A DNA stretch of 64,000 bases, from assembly GCF_009914755.1 (NCBI RefSeq), contig NC_060927.1. The stretch is one strand, 5' to 3'. The position numbers were made by a program, and so were the translations under genes. Shown piece after piece: positions 63,129 through 64,000 of this stretch. The notes under the pieces were generated by a model. That model was given only the letters and a program-made list of their open reading frames with translations, made no database searches and was not told the DNA's origin. This DNA comes from the human T2T-CHM13v2.0 reference genome, Homo sapiens. The stretch's first letter is position 1. Every line of letters begins with the position of its first letter.

Positions 63129-63319
63129 AAATATATATAATATATTTATAAATAAATATATATTATATATAAAATATAAATATGTAATATAAAATTTATA
63201 TATAAATATATATAATATAAACATTGTATATTATATAAAATATATATCATATAAACATTGTATATAATATATATAATATAAACATCATATGTTATATATA
63301 AATATATATATTATATATA
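63129..63319. repeat. AT-rich (TA)n-like low-complexity repeat
   Basis: Direct reading; abuts an Alu tail. Confidence 0.9.
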
Positions 63320-63321
63320 CA

Positions 63322-63741
<420 letters not shown>

Positions 63742-64000
63742 TGTTTGCTCTATTATTTTTTAAATTTTTGTTTGTCTCTTTTTGTTTGTTGTGTAGTTAT
63801 TAATTTTATGAATCTCCTTAAGGTAAATATTAAGGGATTTTTACAATTTAGATAATAAAATATATTAGTTGTTTGCTATAAACAGTGATATTTCAGATTT
63901 TTGGCTGACTTGGACTCCTGACAGCTGGCAACAGCCCACTGGCTGGTCTGAGAGTCCCTGTCACAGTCTGAGCTTGAAGGCACAGTTTGCAAAAACCCTC

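Overview
Eukaryotic, Alu-rich primate DNA, very probably human chr3q27.3, carrying three intron-containing genes whose coding exons I assembled by hand into complete reading frames with GT-AG junctions. CRYGS (gamma-S crystallin) is on the minus strand with 3 exons and 178 aa. TBCCD1 is on the minus strand with 6 coding exons, 557 aa, and non-coding first and last exons. DNAJB11/ERdj3 is on the plus strand with 10 exons and 358 aa. TBCCD1 and DNAJB11 are head-to-head across two CpG islands (~34.6-35.3 kb and ~38.1-38.9 kb). CRYGS lies in tandem ~1.7 kb downstream of the TBCCD1 poly(A) signal. The rest is Alu, L1, L2, MIR, MaLR/ERVL LTRs, MER DNA transposons and microsatellites. Nearly all short ORFs in the supplied track are Alu-derived or antisense noise. 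I see no evidence for a new protein-coding gene or a wholly novel system. The most interesting signals are regulatory or RNA-level: an overlapping uORF on the TBCCD1 start codon, a 3'UTR intron looped out by inverted AluY elements, a tailless U2 retrocopy with target-site duplications, a miR-1302-like MER53 hairpin, Maf/AP-1 sites in the CRYGS promoter, a CCAAT/ERSE-like array, G4 and Z-DNA tracts, and a four-layer nested TE. Repeat subfamily names come from recalled consensus sequences, and repeat boundaries are approximate.
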